NCBI GenBank assembly: GCA_016218625.1
Contig: JACRDL010000009.1
Location: 1-53,246, forward strand
From: Elusimicrobiota bacterium
Lineage (GTDB): Bacteria; Elusimicrobiota; UBA8919
Direction of reading: 5' to 3'
Length of the DNA: 53,246 bases
Shown: one piece after another, positions 29,205 to 39,743 of the stretch
Position numbering within the stretch: position 1 is the stretch's first letter
Layout: each line of letters opens with the position of its first letter
Notes under the pieces: model-generated
What the model was told of the DNA's origin: nothing
Seen by the model: only the letters and a program-made list of their open reading frames with translations
Databases searched by the model: none
Position numbers and translations under genes: made by a program

Positions 29205-30005
29205 ATGGTCAAAATAGTCGGAATTCTTAATGTTACGCCGGATTCGTTTTCAGACGGTGGAAAATTTTTAAATACAAACGATGCATTAAAACATGCCCAA
29301 AAACTTATAATGGATGGCGCGGATATAATTGATGTCGGCGGTGAATCATCAAGGCCCGGATGTCTTGTTGTTCCGGAAGATGAAGAAATAAAGCGGGTTG
29401 TTCCGGTTATAAAAGAAATTAAAAAAAAATTTCCGGAAATTCCCGTTTCGGTTGACACATATAAGCCGAAAGTTGCATTAAATGCCATTGATTCAGGCGC
29501 GGAAATAGTTAACGATATTTATGGCTTGAGATGGAGCGGCGGAAGTATGGCGGATGTCATCGCCGAAAAAAAAGTAACGGTTATAATTATGCATATGAAA
29601 GGAACGCCGCAGGATATGCAGAAAAATCCCCAATATAAGGATGTTGTTTCGGAGATTTACAAATTTTTTAAAGAGCGGTTAAAATTCGCAAAATCAAAGG
29701 GAATAAAAGAAAACAAAATTATTCTTGACCCCGGAATTGGTTTCGGTAAAACGTTACAACATAATTTAGAAATACTCAATAAACTCAATAAACTCAATAA
29801 ACTTAAATTACCAATTATGGTAGGTCCATCAAGAAAATCATTTATCGGCGCTCTGTTAAATACAGATGTTTCTCAACGGCTTGAAGGCACAATTGCTGCC
29901 TCTATAATTTCTGTTCTAAATGGGGCTGATTATTTAAGAGTTCACGATGTTTTATCGATCAAAAGAGCAATAACCGTTTTTGAGGCAATAAAAGATGCTG
30001 ACTGA
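29205..30005 (+). CDS. folP: Dihydropteroate synthase
   Basis: ILNVTPDSFSDGG, DPGIGFGK, SRKS, RVHDV. Confidence 0.96.
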   Translation: MVKIVGILNVTPDSFSDGGKFLNTNDALKHAQKLIMDGADIIDVGGESSRPGCLVVPEDEEIKRVVPVIKEIKKKFPEIPVSVDTYKPKVALNAIDSGAEIVNDIYGLRWSGGSMADVIAEKKVTVIIMHMKGTPQDMQKNPQYKDVVSEIYKFFKERLKFAKSKGIKENKIILDPGIGFGKTLQHNLEILNKLNKLNKLKLPIMVGPSRKSFIGALLNTDVSQRLEGTIAASIISVLNGADYLRVHDVLSIKRAITVFEAIKDAD

Positions 30006-30786
30006 AATTCTAATAAATATAATTGATATTCTGCTTTTATCCTATATTTTTTACCGTTTAATAGTTCTTATTAAGGGAACCCGTGCCGTTCAGGTGTTTC
30101 TGGGAATTATTGTTCTGGGACTTATAACGGCGGTGTCAATTTATCTTAAACTTGAGACAACATCATGGCTACTTAAAAATTTCTGGTCGGCAGGACTTGT
30201 TATCTTAGTGGTTGTATTTCAGCCGGATATCCGTTCGGCGCTCGCCCAACTCGGCAGCGGAGAACTAACCCATTTGTTTATAAAAGAAGAAATTGTCGCC
30301 ATAAAAGAAATCGTTTCCGCCGTGAAAGAATCTTCGCATAAAAAAATCGGAATGCTTATCGTTATTGAACAGCAGACAGGACTAAAAGATATTATTGAAA
30401 AAGGGATAAAAATCAACGCTGACATATCGCATGAACTTTTAATTTCAATTTTTAATCCCCGAACGCCTCTTCACGACGGTGCGATTGTGATATCGGGTTC
30501 AAAAATTGTAGCGGCGGCATGCGTTCTTCCTTCAACCGAAAATCCGGCAATATCGAAATTTCTTGGGATGCGTCATCGTGCGGCCATCGGCATAACTGAG
30601 GTTTCAGACGCCTTTGTAATTATTGTTTCCGAAGAGACCGGAAGTATTTCAATTTCTCATAACGGTAAACTTGAAAAAGACATTGAGATAAATAATCTTG
30701 AACAACTCTTGTTTAATATATGGAACAAACAGGAAAAACATTTTTTTAAGAGGAGAACAAGCGACAGTGAAAATCGACTGGCTTAA
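29995..30786 (+). CDS. cdaA: Diadenylate cyclase CdaA/DacA
   Basis: Three TM segments, PLHDGA, GMRHRAA, VSEETG. Confidence 0.93.
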   Translation: MLTEILINIIDILLLSYIFYRLIVLIKGTRAVQVFLGIIVLGLITAVSIYLKLETTSWLLKNFWSAGLVILVVVFQPDIRSALAQLGSGELTHLFIKEEIVAIKEIVSAVKESSHKKIGMLIVIEQQTGLKDIIEKGIKINADISHELLISIFNPRTPLHDGAIVISGSKIVAAACVLPSTENPAISKFLGMRHRAAIGITEVSDAFVIIVSEETGSISISHNGKLEKDIEINNLEQLLFNIWNKQEKHFFKRRTSDSENRLA

Positions 30787-30865
30787 AAAAAACTTGGACA
30801 TAAAAATTCTCTCCGTCTTACTTGCGGTGCTGTTGTGGTTTATAAAACAGAAACTTGGCAAATAA
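30767..30865 (+). CDS. 32-aa peptide resembling the N-terminal TM helix of CdaR/YbbR
   Basis: GTG start with aggag upstream; MKIDWLKKNLDIKILSVLLAVLLWFIKQKLGK; between cdaA and glmM; not in the ORF track. Confidence 0.7.
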   Translation: MKIDWLKKNLDIKILSVLLAVLLWFIKQKLGK

Positions 30866-30871
30866 AAAATG

Positions 30872-31060
30872 AGACGATGCAAACAGATAAAAGACCGATT
30901 CAGACAGATGAGAAACACGGATGAAAACGGATGGAGTCACGGATTCAGAAAAAGACGACGCAAACGGATAAAAGCGCGGATGTAAACGGATTTTTATCTG
31001 TCTGAATCTGCGCCATTATCCGTCTGAATCGTAGTTATAATCCGTTTGAATCGTTGTTAA
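30872..31060. repeat. Expanded ACRGAT/ATCYGT inverted tandem-repeat element
   Basis: Many cagat/cggat units followed by atctg/atccg units; same ends as 21217-21302. Confidence 0.85.
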
Positions 31061-31061
31061 T

Positions 31062-32393
31062 ATGAAAAAACTTTTTGGTACCGACGGTATTAGAGGCATT
31101 GCAGGCAAGTATCCTCTTGAACCAGATTTCATAAAAAAAATAGGTTCTGCCGCTGCGGTAATAATTAACGATTCCTCAAAAAAAGAATTTATTTTAGGGT
31201 GTGATACCCGGGAATCATCCTCATGGATTTCAAAAGCATTGTGCGACGGTATAATGGCTGCGAGTGTTGATGTTTTTGATTGCGGGGTTGTTCCTACCCC
31301 TGCTGTTGCTTATATCACAACAATAAGGGACTCATCAGCCGGCTGCGTTATTTCAGCGTCTCATAATTCAGCAGAGTTTAACGGCATAAAATTTTTTTCA
31401 AATGAAGGAATTAAAATCTCAGACGACAACGAACTTGAAATTGAAAAACTTGTTTTAAGCAAAAATTTTAATAAAAGTGAGAAACCCGTAGGTAAATATA
31501 GTGTTTGCGATAATTATGCGGATGATATATATACGAAATTTTTATACTCAACACTCCCAAAAAATTTTGATTTAAGCGGATTAAAAATTGTCCTTGATTG
31601 CGCCAACGGTGCAAACTATAAAATTGCGTCTGAGGTTTTTTCAAATCTTTCGGCGGAAATAATAGCATTATCCGTTTCACCCGACGGTAAAAATATAAAC
31701 AAAAATTGCGGTTCGTTACATCTTAAAAATTTAGAACATTCCGTCGTTGAAAATAATGCCGACTTCGGAATTGCCTTTGACGGCGACGGCGACAGATGTA
31801 TTTTTGTGGATGAAACCGGCGATGTTCGGGACGGTGATTATCTAATCGCGATTGCCGCCGATGAACTTAATAAAAACGGAGAACTTAAGAATAATTCCGT
31901 GGTCGCTACGGTTATGGCAAATTTCGGATTTTACAAAGCGATGGAGCGTGACGGTATAAAAGTGTTAGAGAGTGCCGTCGGCGACAAATATGTACATAGT
32001 GAAATGATTAAAAACGATATAATTTTAGGCGGTGAGCAGTCGGGACATATAATTTTCAGAAATTTTTTAAATACAGGCGACGGGCTTTTGACAGCGATTC
32101 AAATTTCAGCCATAATAAAAAAAAGTAAAAAATCATTATCTGAATTATCAAAAATCATAAAAAAATATCCTCAAATTTTATTAAATGTAAGGGTTGAAAA
32201 AAAGATTCCTATTGTCGAGAATAAAAAACTGTCCGATGTAATAAAATCTGTTGAGAAAAAGCTCAACAGTAACGGCAGAGTGCTTGTGAGATATTCCGGT
32301 ACAGAACCGCTTTTAAGAATTATGGTTGAAGGTCCCGACGATAAAACAATAAACCGATACGCACAAGAAATTGCCTCTATCATTAATTTTTAA
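31062..32393 (+). CDS. glmM: Phosphoglucosamine mutase
   Basis: FGTDGIRG, ISASHN, DGDGDR, GGEQSGH. Confidence 0.95.
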   Translation: MKKLFGTDGIRGIAGKYPLEPDFIKKIGSAAAVIINDSSKKEFILGCDTRESSSWISKALCDGIMAASVDVFDCGVVPTPAVAYITTIRDSSAGCVISASHNSAEFNGIKFFSNEGIKISDDNELEIEKLVLSKNFNKSEKPVGKYSVCDNYADDIYTKFLYSTLPKNFDLSGLKIVLDCANGANYKIASEVFSNLSAEIIALSVSPDGKNINKNCGSLHLKNLEHSVVENNADFGIAFDGDGDRCIFVDETGDVRDGDYLIAIAADELNKNGELKNNSVVATVMANFGFYKAMERDGIKVLESAVGDKYVHSEMIKNDIILGGEQSGHIIFRNFLNTGDGLLTAIQISAIIKKSKKSLSELSKIIKKYPQILLNVRVEKKIPIVENKKLSDVIKSVEKKLNSNGRVLVRYSGTEPLLRIMVEGPDDKTINRYAQEIASIINF

Positions 32394-32404
32394 TTGTTTT
32401 TACT

Positions 32405-33124
32405 ATGGTAAAACTTGGCGTTAATATTGACCATATCGCATCAATAAGAAATTTAAGAAAGGGTGTTTTTCCAGATCCGGTTTTTGCAGCGAAAATTGCC
32501 GAAGATGCCGGAGCCGATGGAATTACCGTGCATCTTCGCGAGGACAGAAGACATATAAATGATGGTGATGTAAAAAATCTTAAAAGGATTATAAAAACAA
32601 AACTGAACCTTGAAATGTCCGTATCTGCCGACATAGTTGCTTTTGCAAAAAAAATAGTTCCTGATTATGTCTGCCTTGTTCCAGAAAAAAGACAGGAACT
32701 CACGACCGAAGGCGGACTTGATATTATATCTAATAAAAAAAAAATTGAAGAAGTCGTTAGCGAACTTAAAAATAAAAAAATTGTTGTAAGTATTTTTATT
32801 GACCCCGATTTTGAACAGATAAACATTGCAAAAAAAATAGGTGCGGATTTTGTTGAACTTCACACCGGAAATTATGCTGATGCTAAAAATAAGATTATTA
32901 GGAAAAAAGAACTTGCGAAAATTCAAAAAGCGTCTGAATATGTTTTGCAACTTGATTTAGGGCTTAATGCAGGGCACGGACTTGATTATGAAAATGTTCA
33001 GGGTATTGCCAAAATTAGAGGGATGAATGAACTCAACATAGGTTATTCAATAATCTGCCGTGCTGTTTTTGTCGGGTTTTTTCAGGCGGTAAAAGAGATG
33101 AAAGAAAAAATTAAAAATAAATGA
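32405..33124 (+). CDS. pdxJ: Pyridoxine 5'-phosphate synthase
   Basis: LGVNIDH, HLREDRRH, TTEGG, AGHGL. Confidence 0.96.
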   Translation: MVKLGVNIDHIASIRNLRKGVFPDPVFAAKIAEDAGADGITVHLREDRRHINDGDVKNLKRIIKTKLNLEMSVSADIVAFAKKIVPDYVCLVPEKRQELTTEGGLDIISNKKKIEEVVSELKNKKIVVSIFIDPDFEQINIAKKIGADFVELHTGNYADAKNKIIRKKELAKIQKASEYVLQLDLGLNAGHGLDYENVQGIAKIRGMNELNIGYSIICRAVFVGFFQAVKEMKEKIKNK

Positions 33125-33423
33125 AAAAACTGATTCTTATTTTGATTGTTGTTTTAGTCGGTCTATATTTTGCAACTGATTATTTCAAAAAGCAGTCAAA
33201 AATATCCCAAAAGATTACGCAAACGATAAAGACACCGACGGACAAAGCATCCGAAATTGTAAGAACTGAAAATTTAAGAATTTTGGAAAATGCCGTCAAA
33301 AGATACAAATATGAAAAAGGAAAATTTCCGGAAACGCTTGATGAAATGGTATCTTCAGGATATATTGACAGAATTCCGGAAGGCAACTGGGAGTATGATA
33401 TAACAACGGGAGAGGTGAGATAG
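33121..33423 (+). CDS. Small membrane-anchored protein with GspG/ComGC-like C-terminal segment
   Basis: N-terminal TM; AVKRYKYEKGKFPETLDEMVSSGYI. Confidence 0.55.
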   Translation: MKKLILILIVVLVGLYFATDYFKKQSKISQKITQTIKTPTDKASEIVRTENLRILENAVKRYKYEKGKFPETLDEMVSSGYIDRIPEGNWEYDITTGEVR

Positions 33424-33426
33424 GGA

Positions 33427-33501
33427 CAATTACAGAAGGAAAAAGGAAGATGGAAGATTAAAGTCGTTAATTTGCAATTTTCCTTTTGCAATTTGTAATT
33501 G
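33427..33501. repeat. Degenerate heptamer inverted repeat
   Basis: caattacagaaggaaaaaggaagatggaagatt / aatttgcaattttccttttgcaatttgtaattg. Confidence 0.65.
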
Positions 33502-33509
33502 ATTTTATC

Positions 33510-35339
<1,830 letters not shown>

Positions 35340-35364
35340 AAAACGCAATTTTTTAAAAAAGTAC

Positions 35365-35393
35365 TTGACAAAATGCAATTTTTTAGGTATAAA
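35365..35393 (+). promoter_or_regulatory. Sigma70 promoter of the Flp/Tad cluster
   Basis: TTGACA-17-TATAAA, with TATAAT at 35394. Confidence 0.65.
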
Positions 35394-35402
35394 TATAATG
35401 GG

Positions 35403-35573
35403 ATGATAGGGCTGATAAAAAATCTTGTTAAATCTGAAACTGCTGCTGCAGATACCGAGTATTCTCTGCTCATTCTTTTACTTGTTGCTTCAATATTAGC
35501 ATTAAGAGTTTTTTCAACCGTGCTGAATGCTGTTTTGGTTAAAGCCGCTGTAAGGATAACAGGCGTTGTATAA
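35403..35573 (+). CDS. Flp-like pilin 1, divergent
   Basis: SETA/AADTEY plus hydrophobic helix; 56 aa. Confidence 0.65.
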   Translation: MIGLIKNLVKSETAAADTEYSLLILLLVASILALRVFSTVLNAVLVKAAVRITGVV

Positions 35574-35749
35574 TGAAGATTACAAATTATAAATTACGAA
35601 TTACGAATAAAGGTCAGTCAATGACGGAATATCTGCTTGTTGCTTTTTTGATTTCGTTTGCGGTTTTTCAAGCGGTTAATACATTCGGAAAAGCACTCAA
35701 TGTTGCTTTTTTACAGGCAATAAATAATATTGCCGTCAACATAAAATGA
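35573..35749 (+). CDS. Flp pilin 2
   Basis: MKITNYKLRITNKG/QSMTEYLLV..; 58 aa, read by hand. Confidence 0.85.
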   Translation: MKITNYKLRITNKGQSMTEYLLVAFLISFAVFQAVNTFGKALNVAFLQAINNIAVNIK

Positions 35750-35759
35750 GGTAAATAAA

Positions 35760-35945
35760 ATGAAAACGATCCGTTTTAAAAAAGGTCAAGGGATGACTGA
35801 GTATGTATTGATGATTTTTCTTATTGCTTTTCTCGCATATATTGCTGTTGAAACATTCGGTAAAAAAATAAGATACGGATTTCTTTCCGCCGGGAACAAG
35901 GTTTCTGGAATTTGCAATGCCGAAACACCGGGGATTTATAAATAA
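35760..35945 (+). CDS. Flp pilin 3
   Basis: KKG/QGMTEYVL plus hydrophobic helix. Confidence 0.88.
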   Translation: MKTIRFKKGQGMTEYVLMIFLIAFLAYIAVETFGKKIRYGFLSAGNKVSGICNAETPGIYK

Positions 35946-36011
35946 TTTTTAAGAATATATCTAATCAAAATGAAGTTCATTTAATTTGTATGAAAGGGGG
36001 GTGAAAAAAAG

Positions 36012-36182
36012 ATGTTAAAACGGTTATTGAAGAACGAGAGAGCGCAGGGAATGACAGAATATGTTCTGGTTGTATTTCTTATTGCTCTTCTCGCATTTGT
36101 GGCGGTACAGTTGTTCGGCGGCAAAGTGAAAAATGCGTTTAATAAAGCCGGAACAAAACTTGACCAGGCAACGAAGAAGTAA
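36012..36182 (+). CDS. Flp pilin 4, probable major pilin
   Basis: MLKRLLKNERA/QGMTEYVLVV..FGGKV; very strong SD; 56 aa, read by hand. Confidence 0.88.
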   Translation: MLKRLLKNERAQGMTEYVLVVFLIALLAFVAVQLFGGKVKNAFNKAGTKLDQATKK

Positions 36183-36201
36183 TATAATTAGGTTTTTTTA
36201 A

Positions 36202-36253
36202 TGTACGGAGATTCGCTTTCTGTGTAATATACGCAATGGCGAATTTCTGCACA
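36202..36253 (+). other. Long hairpin after Flp pilin 4, possible mRNA-stability or attenuation structure
   Basis: tgtacggagattcgc .. gcgaatttctgcaca. Confidence 0.55.
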
Positions 36254-36300
36254 GGTTTTGCTTATCTGAAAAAGTATAAGAAATTTTTTTATTTCTGTTT

Positions 36301-36468
36301 ATGAACTATTTCAATAAGAAAGGTCAAGCAATGACCGAGTATGTATTGGTTCTTATGCTATGCGTCATAACCGCATGGGTAGGAACCAATTTTTTTCAGA
36401 GACGATTGAAAAATGTCTACAGCGGTGCATCCCGTACCCGTGCAGGTGTTCAAGGAATGTATCCGTAA
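36301..36468 (+). CDS. Flp pilin 5
   Basis: MNYFNKKG/QAMTEYVLVL..; 55 aa, read by hand. Confidence 0.85.
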   Translation: MNYFNKKGQAMTEYVLVLMLCVITAWVGTNFFQRRLKNVYSGASRTRAGVQGMYP

Positions 36469-36497
36469 AAAGGCAAGTTAAAAGTTAAAGGTTAAAA

Positions 36498-36992
36498 GTG
36501 AGAAGTAAAAAACTAAAAATTATTACTCGCTACTCGCTACTCACTACTCGCTCAAAAGGTCAGACACTTATTGAGTTTGTTCTGATTGCTATTATTTCGA
36601 TTGCGCTTATTTTCGGAGTAATGGACCTTGCGCGGCTTTCATGGACGATGTTTCATCTACACGGCGCCGCATTTGCCGCCGCCAGAGCGGAAGCAGTCAG
36701 AAAAAGCGGATTTACGGCGGCAAACTATGTTACGATGAGAACGCTCGGCGGACACTGCCTTGTTTCTGTAAATAAATCGCATGAAGTACCGTCGCATAAT
36801 CCACCGTGGACAGTTCCTGGAGTCGCATTAAAGAAAGATGATGTAAGAATTTACGCTATTAACGCAACTGTTACATATTTATATAGACCGCTTTTTGCAG
36901 CCGGAGCATTTAAAACAGGTGTTATACCATTAAAGGTTTCGTCACGAATGCAGACGGAAATCCCGAATCCGATACCGCAATCAAGAAATTAA
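36498..36992 (+). CDS. TadE-like pseudopilin
   Basis: KG/QTLIEF, hydrophobic helix, AAFAAAR, VTYLY. Confidence 0.85.
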   Translation: MRSKKLKIITRYSLLTTRSKGQTLIEFVLIAIISIALIFGVMDLARLSWTMFHLHGAAFAAARAEAVRKSGFTAANYVTMRTLGGHCLVSVNKSHEVPSHNPPWTVPGVALKKDDVRIYAINATVTYLYRPLFAAGAFKTGVIPLKVSSRMQTEIPNPIPQSRN

Positions 36993-36994
36993 AA

Positions 36995-37867
36995 ATGAAA
37001 AAATTACTTTTTACTCACTACTCGCTACTCGCAACTCGCTCAAAGGGACAAATTCTTCCGCTTGTTGCTCTGACGGTGCTGGTGCTTTCTATGTTTTCGT
37101 TTCTTGTTTGGAATCTCGGTATGCTTGAATTTAACCGTCAGAAAATGCAGACCGCCGCCGATGCCGCCGCAATATCCGCCTTAAGATGCCGCGCAGCTTT
37201 TTACAATGCGATGGGAATTTTACATGATACAATGCATCTTGATACCATATGGATGGGGCATAATATAAAAAAAGGTGTTATGGAAAAAAACCAGATTCCG
37301 TTATATGAAGCAAATCTTACAGCGCTTAAAAAACTGAATTGGGGTGCTGGCGGTGGGTCCGCATTAACAGCAGGAAGTGCCGCAAAATTAAATGGTGCTG
37401 ATAAACCTTACGGTTTCGGAGGGTTTGTTAAGGGTGGTAAAGGAACAGGACTTAAAGGCAGAAAGATGACATTTTATTCAGGTAATGTTAAGGTTATATA
37501 TCCAGTACCGCCTTTTATACTGGTACTTCCGCCATATAAAAAAAAGACATATAATCCTGCTTATTATTGCAGAACCTGGGAAGATAAATACAGAAAAGCC
37601 CAGCCGAAACAGGAGTTTATGTGGACGGTGAAAAAAAAGAATCAGACCTTTGCAACATCTTTGATTGGGTTAAAAAAACCTGCAGAGGCACGGGCAGTTG
37701 CACAGGCGAAAATTTACTTAAATGTGAGAGGAAATGCTATCGGACACAACGGCGGTTTCCCGAGAAATAAAAAAGAAGGACTATGGGGTTGGGGTCCAGA
37801 ACCATATGCCGGTTATCCGCAGTTTGATGCACGGCTTGTGCCTGTTCGCGGAGTAATGCTACATTAA
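36995..37867 (+). CDS. TadG-like pseudopilin
   Basis: KG/QILPL, MQTAADAAA. Confidence 0.82.
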   Translation: MKKLLFTHYSLLATRSKGQILPLVALTVLVLSMFSFLVWNLGMLEFNRQKMQTAADAAAISALRCRAAFYNAMGILHDTMHLDTIWMGHNIKKGVMEKNQIPLYEANLTALKKLNWGAGGGSALTAGSAAKLNGADKPYGFGGFVKGGKGTGLKGRKMTFYSGNVKVIYPVPPFILVLPPYKKKTYNPAYYCRTWEDKYRKAQPKQEFMWTVKKKNQTFATSLIGLKKPAEARAVAQAKIYLNVRGNAIGHNGGFPRNKKEGLWGWGPEPYAGYPQFDARLVPVRGVMLH

Positions 37868-37869
37868 AA

Positions 37870-38373
37870 ATGAAACCACAGATTACACAGATAAAAAACA
37901 TAGATTACACAGATGTCATTGCGAGGGCGAAGCCCGTGGCAATCTTGAGATTGCTTCGTTTCACTCGCAATGACAAAAAAGGTCAGGCGTTTGCAGAGTT
38001 TATTATCGCACTAATTGTGCTTCCGTTGTTTATCACAGGTACAATTACAATTGCGAGAATGTTTATTGTTAATATGCGGCTTCATCAGGCGGCAAGACAC
38101 GGTGCGTTTCTGATGGCGACGCAACGGGTTACAAAAACTAATATGCTGGACGAAGTAAAAAAATACTTTAGTGCGGGGTATCCTAAATTTGAGACATCAA
38201 AAATCAAAATTGTACATAAAAGCAAACGGGTCGGCTTGATAAAAGGTGACGAAGTAACCGTTAGTTATACGATGAAGGTTTTTGATTTAAGCCGTCTTTC
38301 GTTCTGGAAGGGCACACCGAAAATAGAAAAAAGATTCACACAATCTGCCGTTTGCGGCAGGGCTGCTTTTTAG
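37870..38373 (+). CDS. TadE-like pseudopilin with repeat-derived leader
   Basis: KKG/QAFAEF, QAARHGA, VTVSY. Confidence 0.82.
   Translation: MKPQITQIKNIDYTDVIARAKPVAILRLLRFTRNDKKGQAFAEFIIALIVLPLFITGTITIARMFIVNMRLHQAARHGAFLMATQRVTKTNMLDEVKKYFSAGYPKFETSKIKIVHKSKRVGLIKGDEVTVSYTMKVFDLSRLSFWKGTPKIEKRFTQSAVCGRAAF
37914..37975. repeat. REP/RPE-like palindrome
   Basis: tgtcattgcgag..gcaatcttgagattgc..ctcgcaatgaca. Confidence 0.9.
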
Positions 38374-38376
38374 AGT

Positions 38377-38470
38377 ATCGGAATTTCAAAGGCGCCACAG
38401 AAAGACACAGAAAAAAACACAGAAATAACTTCAGTGTAATTCTGTGAAATTCTGTGGCTAATATCTTGAT
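38377..38470. repeat. CACAGAA/TTCTGTG element, copy 2
   Basis: Near-identical to 5335-5425. Confidence 0.9.
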
Positions 38471-38858
38471 GAAAATCAGCGAAATCTTTTTAATTGTTTT
38501 TATTATGACACTTTTTATAGGTGTCTATTTTTTTGTGCAGAAAAAAATTATAAATCCCCCGGAGAAAAAAATTGAAACTGTTATTCAGCTGAAAGTTGAT
38601 GTTATGGAACAGCAGATGGGGTATTATGAAAAAAATGCGGACAAGCTAACTGCACGGGAAGAGAAAAAAATCAAAAAAATGCAGAAGGAAATTGACGCCG
38701 CAAAACCCTACATTAAACAGGCAGAGGACTACTACCAAAAAGAATACGGATACATATTAAAACTCCCACTGAAACAGCAGGAAAAAGAAATGAAAAAACT
38801 TGTTGAAAAAAAACGAAAAGAAACAGAAAAATACAAAAAGTACTTGCCGAGCCATTAA
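38469..38858 (+). CDS. Membrane-anchored charged helical hypothetical protein
   Basis: One TM followed by K/E-rich helices; ATG overlaps the element end. Confidence 0.65.
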   Translation: MKISEIFLIVFIMTLFIGVYFFVQKKIINPPEKKIETVIQLKVDVMEQQMGYYEKNADKLTAREEKKIKKMQKEIDAAKPYIKQAEDYYQKEYGYILKLPLKQQEKEMKKLVEKKRKETEKYKKYLPSH

Positions 38859-38918
38859 TTAAAATCCATAAATTTTTGCTTGACTTTTATTATTTTTTTT
38901 ATATGATATTTACAGTTT

Positions 38919-38994
38919 CAGGATTAAGGATTAAGTCGCTTCGCTTTAAGAATTAAGTTTTTGCTTAATCCTTACAACTTATTACTTAATCCTG
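38919..38994 (-). repeat. GGATTAA/TTAATCC heptamer element, reverse orientation
   Basis: Close to the reverse complement of 47007-47090; contains gtcgcttcgc. Confidence 0.88.
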
Positions 38995-39011
38995 ACATTA
39001 ATGGGGGTTTT

Positions 39012-39593
39012 ATGGATGATAAACCGAAATACAAAAGGAGAATTGTAATTATCAAAAGGGCGCTGCAGTTTAAGTATATTGCTGTTGTTCTTATTGCTAT
39101 GGTTCTGGTCGCTTTTACCGTCGGATGGGATGTCTATTATACCGTAGGTCGCGCAATTATGGAATTAGAAGCCCCGGGTTTATATCCGATTATGGTTAAA
39201 ATCAACAATCTTATGCTCGGAAAACTTGCGGTTCTTCTGGTAATTGTCTTCATAATTGCCATTTTTGTTTCGCATAAGTTTGCAGGTCCCATATTTAAGT
39301 TTGAGCGTTCCTGCGATACGGTTGCCGAAGGTGACCTGACTTACAGGGTGCATTTAAGAAGCGGCGACGAACTTATTGAACTTCAGAATAAATTTAACGG
39401 AATGGTTTCGGAAATTCAGAAAAAAGTTTCAGCAGATTATGAATCGGCAAAAATCACAGGAGTTAAACTTTCGGCAATTTCCGCAAGGCTTTCACAGAAA
39501 AATGTATCGCCCGCTGAACTTTCCGAAATTTTGGGGCAGATTGACGGATTAATCGCCCAATTGAATAAAATATCGTCGGGCTTTAAGATTTAG
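39012..39593 (+). CDS. Two-TM HAMP-domain protein
   Basis: LQFKY, two TM segments, SHKFAGP..GDL..LRSGDEL; start moved out of the repeat. Confidence 0.78.
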   Translation: MDDKPKYKRRIVIIKRALQFKYIAVVLIAMVLVAFTVGWDVYYTVGRAIMELEAPGLYPIMVKINNLMLGKLAVLLVIVFIIAIFVSHKFAGPIFKFERSCDTVAEGDLTYRVHLRSGDELIELQNKFNGMVSEIQKKVSADYESAKITGVKLSAISARLSQKNVSPAELSEILGQIDGLIAQLNKISSGFKI

Positions 39594-39600
39594 ATTAAAC

Positions 39601-39732
39601 CAGGATTAAGGATTACTTTCAGGATTAAGAATTAAGTTATAAGGATTAAGAAAAGACAAAAAAAACTTAATCCTTAAAGCGAAGCGACTTAATCCTTACT
39701 ACTGTTCACTTACGACGTATCACTTAATCCTG
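39601..39732 (+). repeat. GGATTAA/TTAATCC heptamer element
   Basis: caggattaaggatta.. / cttaatccttaaagcgaagcgacttaatcc..cttaatcctg. Confidence 0.88.
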
Positions 39733-39743
39733 CCATTACAATT

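Noticed and set aside
30872-31060. Possible CRISPR array
   Set aside because: Units are short degenerate 9-12 nt tandem repeats with an inverted arm and no unique spacers; no cas genes in the window
33424-33509. glmS ribozyme
   Set aside because: The spacer is only about 85 nt and consists of a heptamer inverted repeat without the ribozyme core
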